From the NCBI GenBank assembly GCA_048938895.1, contig JBHLLU010000085.1, positions 1-13,205 on the forward strand: 13,205 bases of DNA, read 5' to 3'. The DNA is from Promethearchaeota archaeon. Its GTDB lineage: Archaea > Asgardarchaeota > Lokiarchaeia > Sigyniarchaeales > SOKP01. Both the position numbers and the translations under genes were made by a program. This document shows, piece by piece, positions 1 through 7,547 of this stretch. The notes under the pieces were generated by a model. The model was not told the DNA's origin. It did not search any database and saw only the letters and a list, made by a program, of their open reading frames with translations. Positions within the stretch are counted from its first letter, which is position 1; each line of letters starts with the position of its first letter.

Positions 1-830
1 CCAAAATCCCATATTTGTAGTTTAATCCGTTGATCATCAACTTCTAGACGCTTGACTTCAAAATCAACTCCTATTGTCATTTTAGTATCTGACCTAAATA
101 AATTGGTTAAAAATCTTTGAGTCAATTCTTTCTTTCTTGACTCTGAATCACCTAATATTACAACTTTATATGTAGCATCATACCCCCATACGTAGCTTGG
201 TTTAACTAACGTTTTTCTAATCTTTTTGGGAATTAAATGCTTTATTTTTTTATAAAATCGCTTTGGGAAATGCCTAAAATTATAATTATGAATGTTTTTT
301 ACCAAATTAGCTTTAAAGGTTGGACTTTCTAAAATAGCTTCTAACTCATGAGATTTTAAAAATCGTAAATAATCTTGATTGATTAAGTAAGCCACTACAG
401 AAGGATATCCACTTTCAAGTCTCTTGGCGATCTCTTCTTTAAATACTCTATTCGCTAAAGGATCTCCCGCCTGTTTAAGAGCTTTCAATAAAGGAAACGC
501 TAGATTTCTATGAATAAGTCGTGTATTATACTCATGTTCATACCACGCCTGAAGGTTGGAACAGTGTCCCCAAAATTCTATTTCGGGACTCAAATTGTAC
601 ATTCCTCCTCTTCTCCTTTCCATTGATGTGTCTAATCTTTCAGCAGCCTCGTCAATTGAATCAATATAATCTAATTCTTTAGTTTCATTGATTGGGATAT
701 TTAACAGAAGAAATTTACATTGAGAAAACAACTTTCCCTTTATATAGATATTAGTTTGAACATCTTCTAACCTAAGAGTTAGATACTCATTAACTTTGAA
801 TGAGGGTGAAATTTTACTCTTATTTCCCAT
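1..830 (-). CDS. Lokiarchaeia-type conserved N-terminal domain fused to a Rab/Ras-like small GTPase domain with degenerate P-loop (3' partial, runs off left edge)
   Basis: Not in the ORF track. Manual translation from ATG 830 is open to position 1: MGNKSKISPSFKVNEYLTLRLEDVQTNIYIKG...EIEFWGHCSNLQAWYEHEYNTRLIHRNLAFPLLKAL...YDATYKVVILGDSESRKKELTQRFLTNLFRSDTKMTIGVDFEVKRLEVDDQRIKLQIWDFG. The G2/RabF1-like TIGVDF and the RabF2/G3-like KLQIWDFG motifs are present. Alternative in-frame starts are ATG 878 and TTG 902. Confidence 0.88.
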   Translation of the reverse strand, partial: MGNKSKISPSFKVNEYLTLRLEDVQTNIYIKGKLFSQCKFLLLNIPINETKELDYIDSIDEAAERLDTSMERRRGGMYNLSPEIEFWGHCSNLQAWYEHEYNTRLIHRNLAFPLLKALKQAGDPLANRVFKEEIAKRLESGYPSVVAYLINQDYLRFLKSHELEAILESPTFKANLVKNIHNYNFRHFPKRFYKKIKHLIPKKIRKTLVKPSYVWGYDATYKVVILGDSESRKKELTQRFLTNLFRSDTKMTIGVDFEVKRLEVDDQRIKLQIWDF

Positions 831-921
831 TTCTCTGGGTATTAAATAATATTTAATTTTAGTAGTTTTTTCTTTCATAAATAAAAAAGCTGTCTCTCCC
901 AAATTATTAGAGGAAAGTAAG

Positions 922-935
922 GTATATAAATTTCG
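922..935 (-). promoter_or_regulatory. Archaeal BRE + TATA box (proximal) for the minus-strand gene
   Basis: The minus strand reads CGAAA-TTTATATAC, a purine-rich BRE directly before a consensus TTTATATA box, pointing at the 830/878 starts. Confidence 0.6.
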
Positions 936-984
936 TATCTATAAAAATGTTAAAAATTTTAATTACTCTTCAGGAAGATCTGGA

Positions 985-998
985 GTATATAAATTTCA
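985..998 (-). promoter_or_regulatory. Second archaeal BRE + TATA box (distal copy)
   Basis: The minus strand reads TGAAA-TTTATATAC. It is an exact 13-bp repeat (GTATATAAATTTC on +) of 922-934, offset by 63 bp. Confidence 0.5.
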
Positions 999-1030
999 CA
1001 TTAGGTAGTTTTCACTTATAATCTAAAGTT

Positions 1031-1046
1031 AAAAAGTCTATTAACT
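1031..1046 (+). promoter_or_regulatory. Possible BRE/TATA element for the ABC transporter genes
   Basis: AAAAAGTC-TATTAACT, about 80 nt upstream of ATG 1123. Weak, because the region is very AT-rich. Confidence 0.3.
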
Positions 1047-1122
1047 AGTCCGTTTTTTTTAGTATTAGTATCATATGATTCCAATTGAATATTACAATAT
1101 AGGATTAATCTTGGTTCTTTAA

Positions 1123-2955
1123 ATGTCTAAACTTAAAAATCATAATGTATCAAGTGAATTCATTGAGTTCTCCCCAGGTGAAGACTATTTTGAAAAAACT
1201 CGGAAAAAAGGCGTTCGTCGATGGATTCTAGCACACATTTTCTACAAAACTAATAAGATTTTTATTATTATTGTCTTTTTTACTACAGTTCTAGCGTCAA
1301 TCTTAGCATCTACTATTTCTGTCTCTGTTGGATTAGCCATTAATAAATTTTTAGACGCGGATAAAAACAGCCTTCTTATTTATTCAATAACAATTTTAAT
1401 CCTTGGATTAATAACTCCCATATTAAGGCTTGTAAACTTTGGTTTAAGAGAGATTTTAGCACAAAGGCTTGAACGGGACACCAGGAAGGAATTCTATGCA
1501 GTATTATTAGGGAAAAGTCAATCTTTTCATGATAAACAACAAATTGGAGATCTAATGGCAAGAGCAACAGATGACGTAAGAACATTAAATTTTCTAATAA
1601 GTCCTGCTGTATCTCTTATTTTTGAATCCTTCACGACACTTATAATACCACTTGCTTTTATTTTATTTTTATATCCCCCGCAATTAATTTTAGAACCACT
1701 AATGTTCATAATGCTATTTCTTATATCCCTTAGAAATTATACTAAGAAATTATCACCTATAACTCAAGAATTAAGAAGAAATTTTGGGATGATAAATGCT
1801 ACATTAAACGAGGCACTTACCGGTATTGAAGTGGTGAAAGCCTCAACTCAAGAAACATATGAACTCAATAAATATTTAATGTTTGCTAGGAAATATAGAG
1901 ATGCTTACTTAGATCAGGGAAAAATCCAAGCAAAGTACATGCCTATTCTATTCTTGAGTTTAACTATAACAATCGGTTTAGCACATTCTCTTATCTTATT
2001 TAATTCAGGAATAATGAATATTGGGCAAGTAGTTTCCTATTTAGGTTTATTAGATTTGCTATCTTTCTCTACTTTCATATCAATATTTGTTTTTGCTATT
2101 GTAAAACTTGCAGGGAGTAGTGCTAAACGACTTCTTGAGTTATTGAACGAAAAAACGGAAATTACTGAGAATCCTAATGGAATTCATAGAGATCTGGAGG
2201 GTTTAGTAAAATTCAATCATGTTTCTTTTAGCTATCCCGGAACTTCCAATTTAGTTTTGAAGGATATTACATTTGAAGTTAAAGCCGGGCAAACCATAGC
2301 TCTCGTGGGAACTACAGGTTCTGGCAAAACAACATTAACCAAATTAATTTCGAGATTATATGACGTGAATGAAGGAGAAATCCTTATTGACAACCAAAAC
2401 ATTAAGGATTTTGCATTAAAGTCTCTTAGAGACCAGCTATCCTATATTGAACAAGATGTATTTCTATTTTCCTTTTCAATTTTTGAAAACATCACATTTG
2501 GCAAATTAACTTCTAGGGAGAATGTAATTCAGGCTGCAAAACAAGCTCAAGCTCATGGTTTCATAAGTAAGTTAGCAAAAGGTTATGATTCCAAAATTGG
2601 AGAAAGGGGAGTATTACTGAGCGGAGGTGAAAGACAAAGGATAGCTATAGCACGGGCTTTTCTTGCAGATCCTAAAATTCTTATATTAGATGACTCCACT
2701 TCTGCTATAGATTCAAACACCGAAGATAAAATACAATATGCAATCAAAAATATCCTACACAATAGAACCACTTTCTTAATTACTCATAGACTAAGTCAAA
2801 TCAGGTGGGCAGATTTGATTATTGTATTAAAAGATGGAGAAATTGAAGCTAAAGGCAATCATCAAGAACTTCTTAAAACCTCAGAAGAATACAGAAAAAT
2901 TTTTGTTAAGAAATTTGACCTTGATGAACGTGAATTGATAAGGGGGGTGGTATAA
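1123..2955 (+). CDS. ABC exporter half-transporter (TMD+NBD, MdlA/TM287-like), subunit with degenerate Walker B
   Basis: N-terminal hydrophobic helices; Walker A GTTGSGKTT; Q-loop YIEQD; signature LSGGERQR; Walker B ILILDDSTSAID (Asp in place of catalytic Glu); H-loop ITHRL. Confidence 0.95.
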   Translation: MSKLKNHNVSSEFIEFSPGEDYFEKTRKKGVRRWILAHIFYKTNKIFIIIVFFTTVLASILASTISVSVGLAINKFLDADKNSLLIYSITILILGLITPILRLVNFGLREILAQRLERDTRKEFYAVLLGKSQSFHDKQQIGDLMARATDDVRTLNFLISPAVSLIFESFTTLIIPLAFILFLYPPQLILEPLMFIMLFLISLRNYTKKLSPITQELRRNFGMINATLNEALTGIEVVKASTQETYELNKYLMFARKYRDAYLDQGKIQAKYMPILFLSLTITIGLAHSLILFNSGIMNIGQVVSYLGLLDLLSFSTFISIFVFAIVKLAGSSAKRLLELLNEKTEITENPNGIHRDLEGLVKFNHVSFSYPGTSNLVLKDITFEVKAGQTIALVGTTGSGKTTLTKLISRLYDVNEGEILIDNQNIKDFALKSLRDQLSYIEQDVFLFSFSIFENITFGKLTSRENVIQAAKQAQAHGFISKLAKGYDSKIGERGVLLSGGERQRIAIARAFLADPKILILDDSTSAIDSNTEDKIQYAIKNILHNRTTFLITHRLSQIRWADLIIVLKDGEIEAKGNHQELLKTSEEYRKIFVKKFDLDERELIRGVV

Positions 2956-2956
2956 A

Positions 2957-4777
2957 TTGGCTTGGATTGGGCTTGAAGCAGAAGAATATGATCGATCTAT
3001 TAAAGATAGAACCCTTCTAAAAAGGATTTTTGAATATTTTAAACCGTATAAGAAAAATATAACATTTGTGATTATCTTACTTATTTTTTCCTCTCTTTCA
3101 AATTCCTTCGTTCCATTGTTCACTTCTATCGCAATTAACAGTCTTGCTACTAATCCAAATATGGTCAATTTCATCTTTTTAATTGGATTAATATTTTTTT
3201 TAAATATTTTAGCCTATGTTTTTAATTATTTTAGGTATATAAATACAGCTAGAGCAATCGGAAATGTAGAATTAGATTTAAGAACTAATGCTACTAAATC
3301 TGTTTTAGACCATGATCTATCTTTTTTTGATAGAAATCCTGTAGGAAAAATTGTTAGTCGAATTAATACTGATAGTCGCGATTTTGCCCAAACTGTAGAT
3401 TTAACCATTGAAGTTGCTTCGAGCTTTGTTCTCATGATAATTTTAATTATCCTATTATTTTTAATCAATATTGTGTTAACTTTAGCAATTGTAATTATGA
3501 TCCCACTATTTTTCATTGTTGCATTATCTTACAGAAAACTTGCAAGGAAAATGACACTTCTAGGTCAACGGGCTTTAGCTTCTGTGAATGCCTATATTAA
3601 AGAGAGCTTTTCTGGTATCCAAATAGCAAAAACTTTCAGACAAGAAACTAAATTATACGACCAGTTTAATCTGGTTAATATGCAATCTTATAAAGTAAAT
3701 TTAAAGAGAGCACTTGTTCTAAATGCAATTTTTCCTACCTTATCCATTGTTCAAGGAATTACTTTAGCAATTTTAGTTTATTATGGTGGTAATTTTTTAA
3801 TTTTGGGCAAATTTAATGTAGGAGAATTCAATTTCTTCTTCCAAAGCCTATCATTTCTCTTTTTTCCACTCCTCACAATTGCTTCTTTCTGGCCACAATT
3901 TCAGTCTGGTTTATCTGCTTCAGAAAGAATCTTTGCAATAATAGATAACCAACCTGTTGTTGTGCAAAATGATAATATCGTACCAGTAAAACTGCGAGGA
4001 GAAATTGAATTCAAGAATTTAACATTTCAATATAATGAAAATAAGAAAGTTTTTTACAACTTTTCATTTAAAATACAACCTGGGGAATCAATTGCTCTGG
4101 TTGGTCATACAGGTGCAGGAAAATCCAGTATTGCTAAACTAATTGCTCGTTTTTACGAATTCCAAGGAGGTGATATCTTGGTTGATGGCATTAGTATCCG
4201 GAATTATGATTTAAAAAAATATAGAGGACAAATTGGAATTATTCCACAGAGTCCTTTTTTATGGACGGATACTGTAGAAAACAATATCAGTTATGGGTGT
4301 AGTGATGTAAGTTGTGATGATGTTACAGTGGCATTAGAAAAAACAGGAGGTGCTAATTGGGTTGAAAAACTACCTGATGGACTTCAAACAAATGTTGGAG
4401 AAAGAGGAGCATTGCTTTCAATGGGTCAAAGACAGCTCGTTGTTTTTGCTCGCGTGTTATTACAAGATCCATCAATTCTCATACTAGATGAAGCAACTGC
4501 GTCTATTGATCCTTTTACTGAAACCAAAATCCAAAACGCAATGGAAAAAACTATGCGGGGGCGAACTTCGATAATTATTGCTCATCGATTATGGACTGTT
4601 CGTCAAGTTGATCGAATTATAGTTATTGATCATGGTAAAATAGTAGAACAAGGAAATCATCAGGAACTAATGAAGCAACGAGGAAAGTACGCTGAACTTT
4701 ATGACACTTATTTTCGACATCAGTCGCTTGAATATATTGAAGAGATAGGTAAAATTGATAATTTATCAATTGGTTAA
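2957..4777 (+). CDS. ABC exporter half-transporter (TMD+NBD, MdlB/TM288-like), partner subunit
   Basis: TTG start 1 nt after the previous stop, with SD-like GGGGGTGG upstream. Walker A GHTGAGKSS; degenerate signature LSMGQRQL; consensus Walker B ILILDEATASID; H-loop IAHRL. Confidence 0.95.
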   Translation: MAWIGLEAEEYDRSIKDRTLLKRIFEYFKPYKKNITFVIILLIFSSLSNSFVPLFTSIAINSLATNPNMVNFIFLIGLIFFLNILAYVFNYFRYINTARAIGNVELDLRTNATKSVLDHDLSFFDRNPVGKIVSRINTDSRDFAQTVDLTIEVASSFVLMIILIILLFLINIVLTLAIVIMIPLFFIVALSYRKLARKMTLLGQRALASVNAYIKESFSGIQIAKTFRQETKLYDQFNLVNMQSYKVNLKRALVLNAIFPTLSIVQGITLAILVYYGGNFLILGKFNVGEFNFFFQSLSFLFFPLLTIASFWPQFQSGLSASERIFAIIDNQPVVVQNDNIVPVKLRGEIEFKNLTFQYNENKKVFYNFSFKIQPGESIALVGHTGAGKSSIAKLIARFYEFQGGDILVDGISIRNYDLKKYRGQIGIIPQSPFLWTDTVENNISYGCSDVSCDDVTVALEKTGGANWVEKLPDGLQTNVGERGALLSMGQRQLVVFARVLLQDPSILILDEATASIDPFTETKIQNAMEKTMRGRTSIIIAHRLWTVRQVDRIIVIDHGKIVEQGNHQELMKQRGKYAELYDTYFRHQSLEYIEEIGKIDNLSIG

Positions 4778-4823
4778 AATTATAAAATAATTTCAGCTTT
4801 ACTTAAAAAAAATTAAATTATTT

Positions 4824-4843
4824 GAAAGGTTAAAAATTTTTAA
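4824..4843 (+). promoter_or_regulatory. Putative internal promoter (BRE/TATA-like) overlapping a 14-bp palindrome
   Basis: GAAAGG followed by TTAAAAATTTTTAA (perfect palindrome, 4830-4843). The TATA-like part begins 30 nt upstream of ATG 4860, the spacing expected for a leaderless archaeal transcript. Confidence 0.4.
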
Positions 4844-4859
4844 ATAAATATGTGATAAT

Positions 4860-5615
4860 ATGGAAAACAATTCAAATCCAAGTAAGTTAAAGTTTTTAAA
4901 CGGACCTGGCACTGGTTTAACCGTAATGGGATTTGCATACATTCTTTGGTGGTTTGCAGGTCCTTGGGCATGGGAATCAATTGCAATGGATCCTAGATGG
5001 GCTCATAATTGGGCTTTTGCGATAATAATTTTTAATGTAGGTTTGGCTTGGTACCATAAAAGTCCTCTTTCAAGGTTGATAGCAATGATTCAATCGTTTA
5101 TGCTGCCTATAACAGCAAGTGGTTCATTTAATACTACTATCTGTACGCTAATAACTTTAATTATTTTCCTCTTTTGGTTCATAATAATATTAGTTGAAAA
5201 AAGAAAGAATGTCAATTTTCTTCAAGAAAAATTAACTAAGAGAGGAAAATTGTGGTTAAATATGCACACACTAATTATAGCTTGGATATTAATAGCACAC
5301 ATGGGATTAGTATTCTTTATAGTTCGATTTCCACTTGAACTTCCCCTGTACCAAATTTCAAATCAAGCGGGATTTTTATCTAATTTGCCACCCGAGGGAT
5401 TAGAATTCGCAACCTGGACATATGACATTGGATTATTTGTATTTCTAATTGTAGTTATATGGGAACAATATAGAATAGGTTATAACGTGAAAAATAAACC
5501 ATGGCCTAGGTATAGCTTTTATGTTGCGCTTTTAGTGATGGGATTATCTTTAATTGCTTTATTGATTCAAGATTTAACAATAGGATTAGATTGGGTTTCT
5601 TCGATATATGGATAA
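4860..5615 (+). CDS. Uncharacterised polytopic membrane protein (about 6-7 TM helices, Trp-rich)
   Basis: 251 aa with about seven hydrophobic segments. His in or next to helices (WAHNW, WYHK, NMHTLIIAWILIAHM). No family recognised. 15 nt gap to the radical SAM gene. Confidence 0.85.
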   Translation: MENNSNPSKLKFLNGPGTGLTVMGFAYILWWFAGPWAWESIAMDPRWAHNWAFAIIIFNVGLAWYHKSPLSRLIAMIQSFMLPITASGSFNTTICTLITLIIFLFWFIIILVEKRKNVNFLQEKLTKRGKLWLNMHTLIIAWILIAHMGLVFFIVRFPLELPLYQISNQAGFLSNLPPEGLEFATWTYDIGLFVFLIVVIWEQYRIGYNVKNKPWPRYSFYVALLVMGLSLIALLIQDLTIGLDWVSSIYG

Positions 5616-5630
5616 TAATTATTTTAGAGT

Positions 5631-6725
5631 ATGTGGGTGAATAAACTGAAAAAGGAAGATTTACCTATGGTTCATGCGGGGATGGCATCAGAGCTTGAAT
5701 TACAAAAATCATATTTCTCTGAAGGAAAAGTGTTTATCCTTCAGATTGAGTCTACATTGAAATGCGAACAAGTATGCAACTATTGTTATGCTGATAGTAA
5801 GCCTGATAGCTTCCATGGGATGAATTCCTCAATAATAAAGATGTTGCTTGATTCTGCTTCAAAATTAGAGGTAAAAATGATTGACTGGTTGGGCGGAGAT
5901 CCATTAGCTCGAGAAGATTGGTATGAATTATGTACTTATGCCAAAAATTTAGGATTGGTTAACAATATCTGGACCAGTGGGATTCCATTAGCCAATCCTG
6001 ATATCGCAAAGAAAGTGGTAGAAATAACCAATGGGGGATTTGTTTCTATTCATTTGGATACAATAAATCCAAATTTATATGACATCCTCCATGGAAGAAA
6101 TAACAAACTATTAACTCATAAGAATATTGAATTAATACTTCAAGGTATTAAACAGGTTATTAAAGAAGGAAAAAATCCTGGATCTATTGTCAATTGTATC
6201 ACCTTAACTACTCCATTGGCCGACGGGGATGCTAAACACATGATTTCTTACATGCAGGAAAAATTTGGGATTAAAACCTGCTTAACTTTATTTAATCCTG
6301 TTATTCATAGAAACTCAAATAAATCCTGGGAACCTAACTTTAGACAAATTAAAGAAAATTTTACCTATCGTGATAAAATCAATTATCCTAATGATCCTTC
6401 TTGTGGCTCTATGGATGTATCGAAATTCTATTGTGGAACTGTTATTTGTGTAAAAGCTGATGGTTGGGTTACCCCTTGCTCGGTAATCCGAACCGAAGAA
6501 TTTGGTAATGTAAATAAAGAATCTCTTGAAAATATCATAGATAGAAATAAAAACCGGTTATTACATCTTGATTTCAGAGATACTTCAAAATTGCCAGGTA
6601 ACTGTAAAAATTGCACAAATAATATAACTTGTTTTGGATGCAGGAGTAGTGCTTATTATTACAATGGAGATATTATGGCAGCAGATCCAAAATGTTGTAA
6701 TTTTACTCCAAACTTTGAGGTATAG
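5631..6725 (+). CDS. Radical SAM enzyme with C-terminal SPASM domain (PqqE/AhbC-D/NirJ-like architecture)
   Basis: CxxxCxxC motif CEQVCNYC (5763-5786); GGE-like WLGGDP; SPASM cysteines CGSMDVSKFYCGTVICVKADGWVTPC and CKNCTNNITCFGCRSSAYYYNGDIMAADPKCC. The true start may be slightly downstream (GTG 5637, ATG 5667). Confidence 0.93.
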   Translation: MWVNKLKKEDLPMVHAGMASELELQKSYFSEGKVFILQIESTLKCEQVCNYCYADSKPDSFHGMNSSIIKMLLDSASKLEVKMIDWLGGDPLAREDWYELCTYAKNLGLVNNIWTSGIPLANPDIAKKVVEITNGGFVSIHLDTINPNLYDILHGRNNKLLTHKNIELILQGIKQVIKEGKNPGSIVNCITLTTPLADGDAKHMISYMQEKFGIKTCLTLFNPVIHRNSNKSWEPNFRQIKENFTYRDKINYPNDPSCGSMDVSKFYCGTVICVKADGWVTPCSVIRTEEFGNVNKESLENIIDRNKNRLLHLDFRDTSKLPGNCKNCTNNITCFGCRSSAYYYNGDIMAADPKCCNFTPNFEV

Positions 6726-6733
6726 AATGTTCT

Positions 6734-7540
6734 ATGACCCATAAAAAGTATGATTTTAGTGTAGATGATGTTAGTAAGGTCTATGCTGGCCCAGGTGGAA
6801 AATTATGGGAGTCATTGATGGGGGAACAAATTCATGTTGGAGGAGAAGAAGACACAAGAATACTTGCTCAAAAAGTCGGATTGAAACCATCTAATAATAA
6901 CAATATTTGGCTTTTAGATATTTGTTCTGCATTAGGAGGTCCCGCTCGTCAATTAGCTAGAGAATTCGGGATAAATGTCGTGGGTTTAGACATAACTCTA
7001 GAGATGATAGAGGAAGCTAGGAACAGAACTCAAGATAAGCCTTATGCCCACAAAATTGAATATCGATTAGGCTCTGGATTAGATATACCTGCTCATGCAA
7101 ATTCGTTTGATGTCATCTGGGGTCAAGATGCTTGGTGTTATATTCGCGATAAAAAACGATTGATTGATGAGATATATAGAGTGTTAAAATTTGGAGGAAT
7201 TCTTGGATTTACAGACTGGATTTGGGGGCCTATTGATCCTTCTGATGCAAAAGCTGATTTTCTTATGGAGTTCATGGTTTTTCCAGATATGGAGACATTA
7301 GATGGGTATCATCAACTAGTAGAAGCCACAGGAATGGTTCTTCTCGAAAAAGAAGACTTAAGTAAGCAGTTTGCAATAAAGATGGATGAATATTTAGATA
7401 TTTTAAATCAGAATAAAGAGAATATCACAAATATATTTGGAGAAGAATTATTTCAAGATGCGGAGAAGGGTATACTCGCATGGAATAAGGCTGCCCATGA
7501 GAAATGGGTAAGTCGAGGTAGATGGATTGCTAAAAAATGA
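6734..7540 (+). CDS. Class I SAM-dependent methyltransferase, sarcosine/dimethylglycine N-methyltransferase-like
   Basis: Motif I variant LLDICSALGGPAR, post-I VVGLDI, motif II ANSFDVIWGQDAW, motif III EIYRVLKFGGILGFTDW, and N-terminal GEQIHVG. Only two Cys. Substrate unknown. Confidence 0.88.
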   Translation: MTHKKYDFSVDDVSKVYAGPGGKLWESLMGEQIHVGGEEDTRILAQKVGLKPSNNNNIWLLDICSALGGPARQLAREFGINVVGLDITLEMIEEARNRTQDKPYAHKIEYRLGSGLDIPAHANSFDVIWGQDAWCYIRDKKRLIDEIYRVLKFGGILGFTDWIWGPIDPSDAKADFLMEFMVFPDMETLDGYHQLVEATGMVLLEKEDLSKQFAIKMDEYLDILNQNKENITNIFGEELFQDAEKGILAWNKAAHEKWVSRGRWIAKK

Positions 7541-7547
7541 TAAAATT

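Noticed and set aside
1376-3516. Five short minus-strand ORFs (1376-1585, 1527-1709, 2583-2771, 2881-3174, 3226-3516)
   Set aside because: They lie antisense within the well-supported ABC genes and have no motifs; shadow ORFs.
4860-5615. The 7-TM protein as a microbial rhodopsin
   Set aside because: There is no Lys in the last helix (no DxxxK/SxxxK) and no recognisable helix C motif.
6723-6736. TAG (pyrrolysine) readthrough fusing the rSAM to the methyltransferase
   Set aside because: The 8-nt gap puts the genes out of frame; readthrough hits TGA after three codons.
6893-6904. AAT-type repeat encoding NNNN
   Set aside because: Too short; ordinary loop variation in an AT-rich genome.
5631-7540. 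Assigning the symbols arsS and arsM
   Set aside because: The rSAM has a PqqE/Ahb-type SPASM tail rather than an ArsS-type one, and the methyltransferase has only two Cys.
7538-7543. TGA at the end of the methyltransferase as selenocysteine
   Set aside because: It is immediately followed by TAA, with no redox motif context; it reads as a tandem stop.
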